A DNA stretch of 63,996 nt, counting the filler, from Phoronis australis (taxonomy: Eukaryota > Animalia > Phoronida): the NCBI GenBank assembly GCA_002633005.1. It is 10 parts of 10 records of this genome, joined end to end, with 100 filler letters (N's around TTAATTAATTAA, not from the genome) between each part and the next. Parts side by side here need not be neighbours in the genome. Positions count along the whole stretch, not along the records: positions 62,745 to 63,996 come from NMRA01002817.1; 9 more parts are not named here. One strand, 5' to 3'. The notes under the pieces were generated by a model, which worked only from the letters and a program-made list of their open reading frames with translations, did no database searches and was not told where the DNA came from. Positions 63,015 to 63,996 of the stretch are shown piece after piece. Each line of letters starts with the position of its first letter. Position 1 is the stretch's first letter. A program made the translations under genes and the position numbers.

Positions 63015-63996
63015 CTGGAAAAGATATTACATTATACAGCAAGTTAATAACCTGGAGAAAGAGTTCACATTATAGAGCAAGTTACCAGACACAACAAACT
63101 TAAGTCAGATAACATTGTGAGTGAACTTCATATCAATCACCCATTTCTAACATTGTAACATAGTTGGTTAAACAATCATAACACAATGTCGTCTATCTTA
63201 TGACCTAATTGTACCCCACTTAAGGCCAAACAAAATTACAATTCCCAGTGTTAGGGAAAGAAAACAAATTTATAAATTTACTGTATACATAAATTGTAAA
63301 GTACAAAAAACAGGTAATATTCAAGAAGGAAATCGGCTAGGACACGATATCAAAATTCTGTCAAATTCTAAAACACATGTCAGAAGTTGGTCCATCAATG
63401 AGGGTGCTTCAGGGGCAATCCAAGGTTTCAAAATAGCTAATCACTTTTTAGATGCAAAAAACGTTTCTGAGTAAAACCAACAGTTCCAAGAGAGCCGTCA
63501 AGGGTAAGCCAAAAATCCACAGACCGTCAGGTCAAAGGTTGTACAGTAACAATGATTTGAATAATGTATTTGTATTTCTAAATAAAGATACCCCTAACAT
63601 GTGACTATAGCATATAAAATCGAGTAATTGTTTCACAACAGCTTTCTGTCAACAAACACTGAATTAGCATGCGCTCACATTGTCTTAGTGCGCGGTCAAT
63701 TACCGTTGTTGCCAGCATCTAAAGCTGGTAACGCAGTGGTTTATTCATTGCTGGCTTCTCAACATTTGCACTTACGAATACTTCAAAGGCATTACAAATT
63801 GTATTGACGTGGACCTTTTGATAACAAAAAGGCTGGCGGACTAAAAAGAAAAAAAAACCGGGGGCATCACTGTCAATTGTGCGTTTGTGCTTGTTTAGAG
63901 GACTTTTGTCTCGTTTTCTCGGACTTTTTGTTTCTCAGAGGCGGACCTTTTTGCCCACTTCGCCAAATGGGGGGGCTCATCCGAGCCCCACAAGCT

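Overview
AT-rich animal genomic DNA with spliceosomal introns, most likely from a marine invertebrate (taxon inferred, not proven). The window is not one locus. It is ten separate scaffolds joined by an artificial 100-nt linker (N44-TTAATTAATTAA-N44). Host genes: the last three exons of NOMO, a single-coding-exon melatonin-receptor-like GPCR, one Akt/PKB kinase exon, one CNPY2-like exon and two exons of a type I membrane protein. The rest is transposon-derived. It includes a Kolobok-type element whose TTAA insertion is confirmed by an empty site elsewhere in the window, Tc2/pogo-, hAT-, Harbinger- and EnSpm-like non-autonomous elements, Helentron-like hairpin ends, an LTR with a primer-binding site, a decayed RT-RNase H LINE present twice, a Penelope GIY-YIG remnant and a 29-bp satellite apparently built from a piggyBac-like terminus. 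The most interesting signals are a spliced, recently inactivated tandem OB-fold (HIN-200/RPA-like) gene, a strong excess of TACATGTA with one direct TA-to-TACATGTA difference between duplicated copies, and decayed OTU and SAP-SWIM genes. No CRISPR or prokaryotic system is supported. All homology calls come from recognising motifs by eye; no database searches were run.
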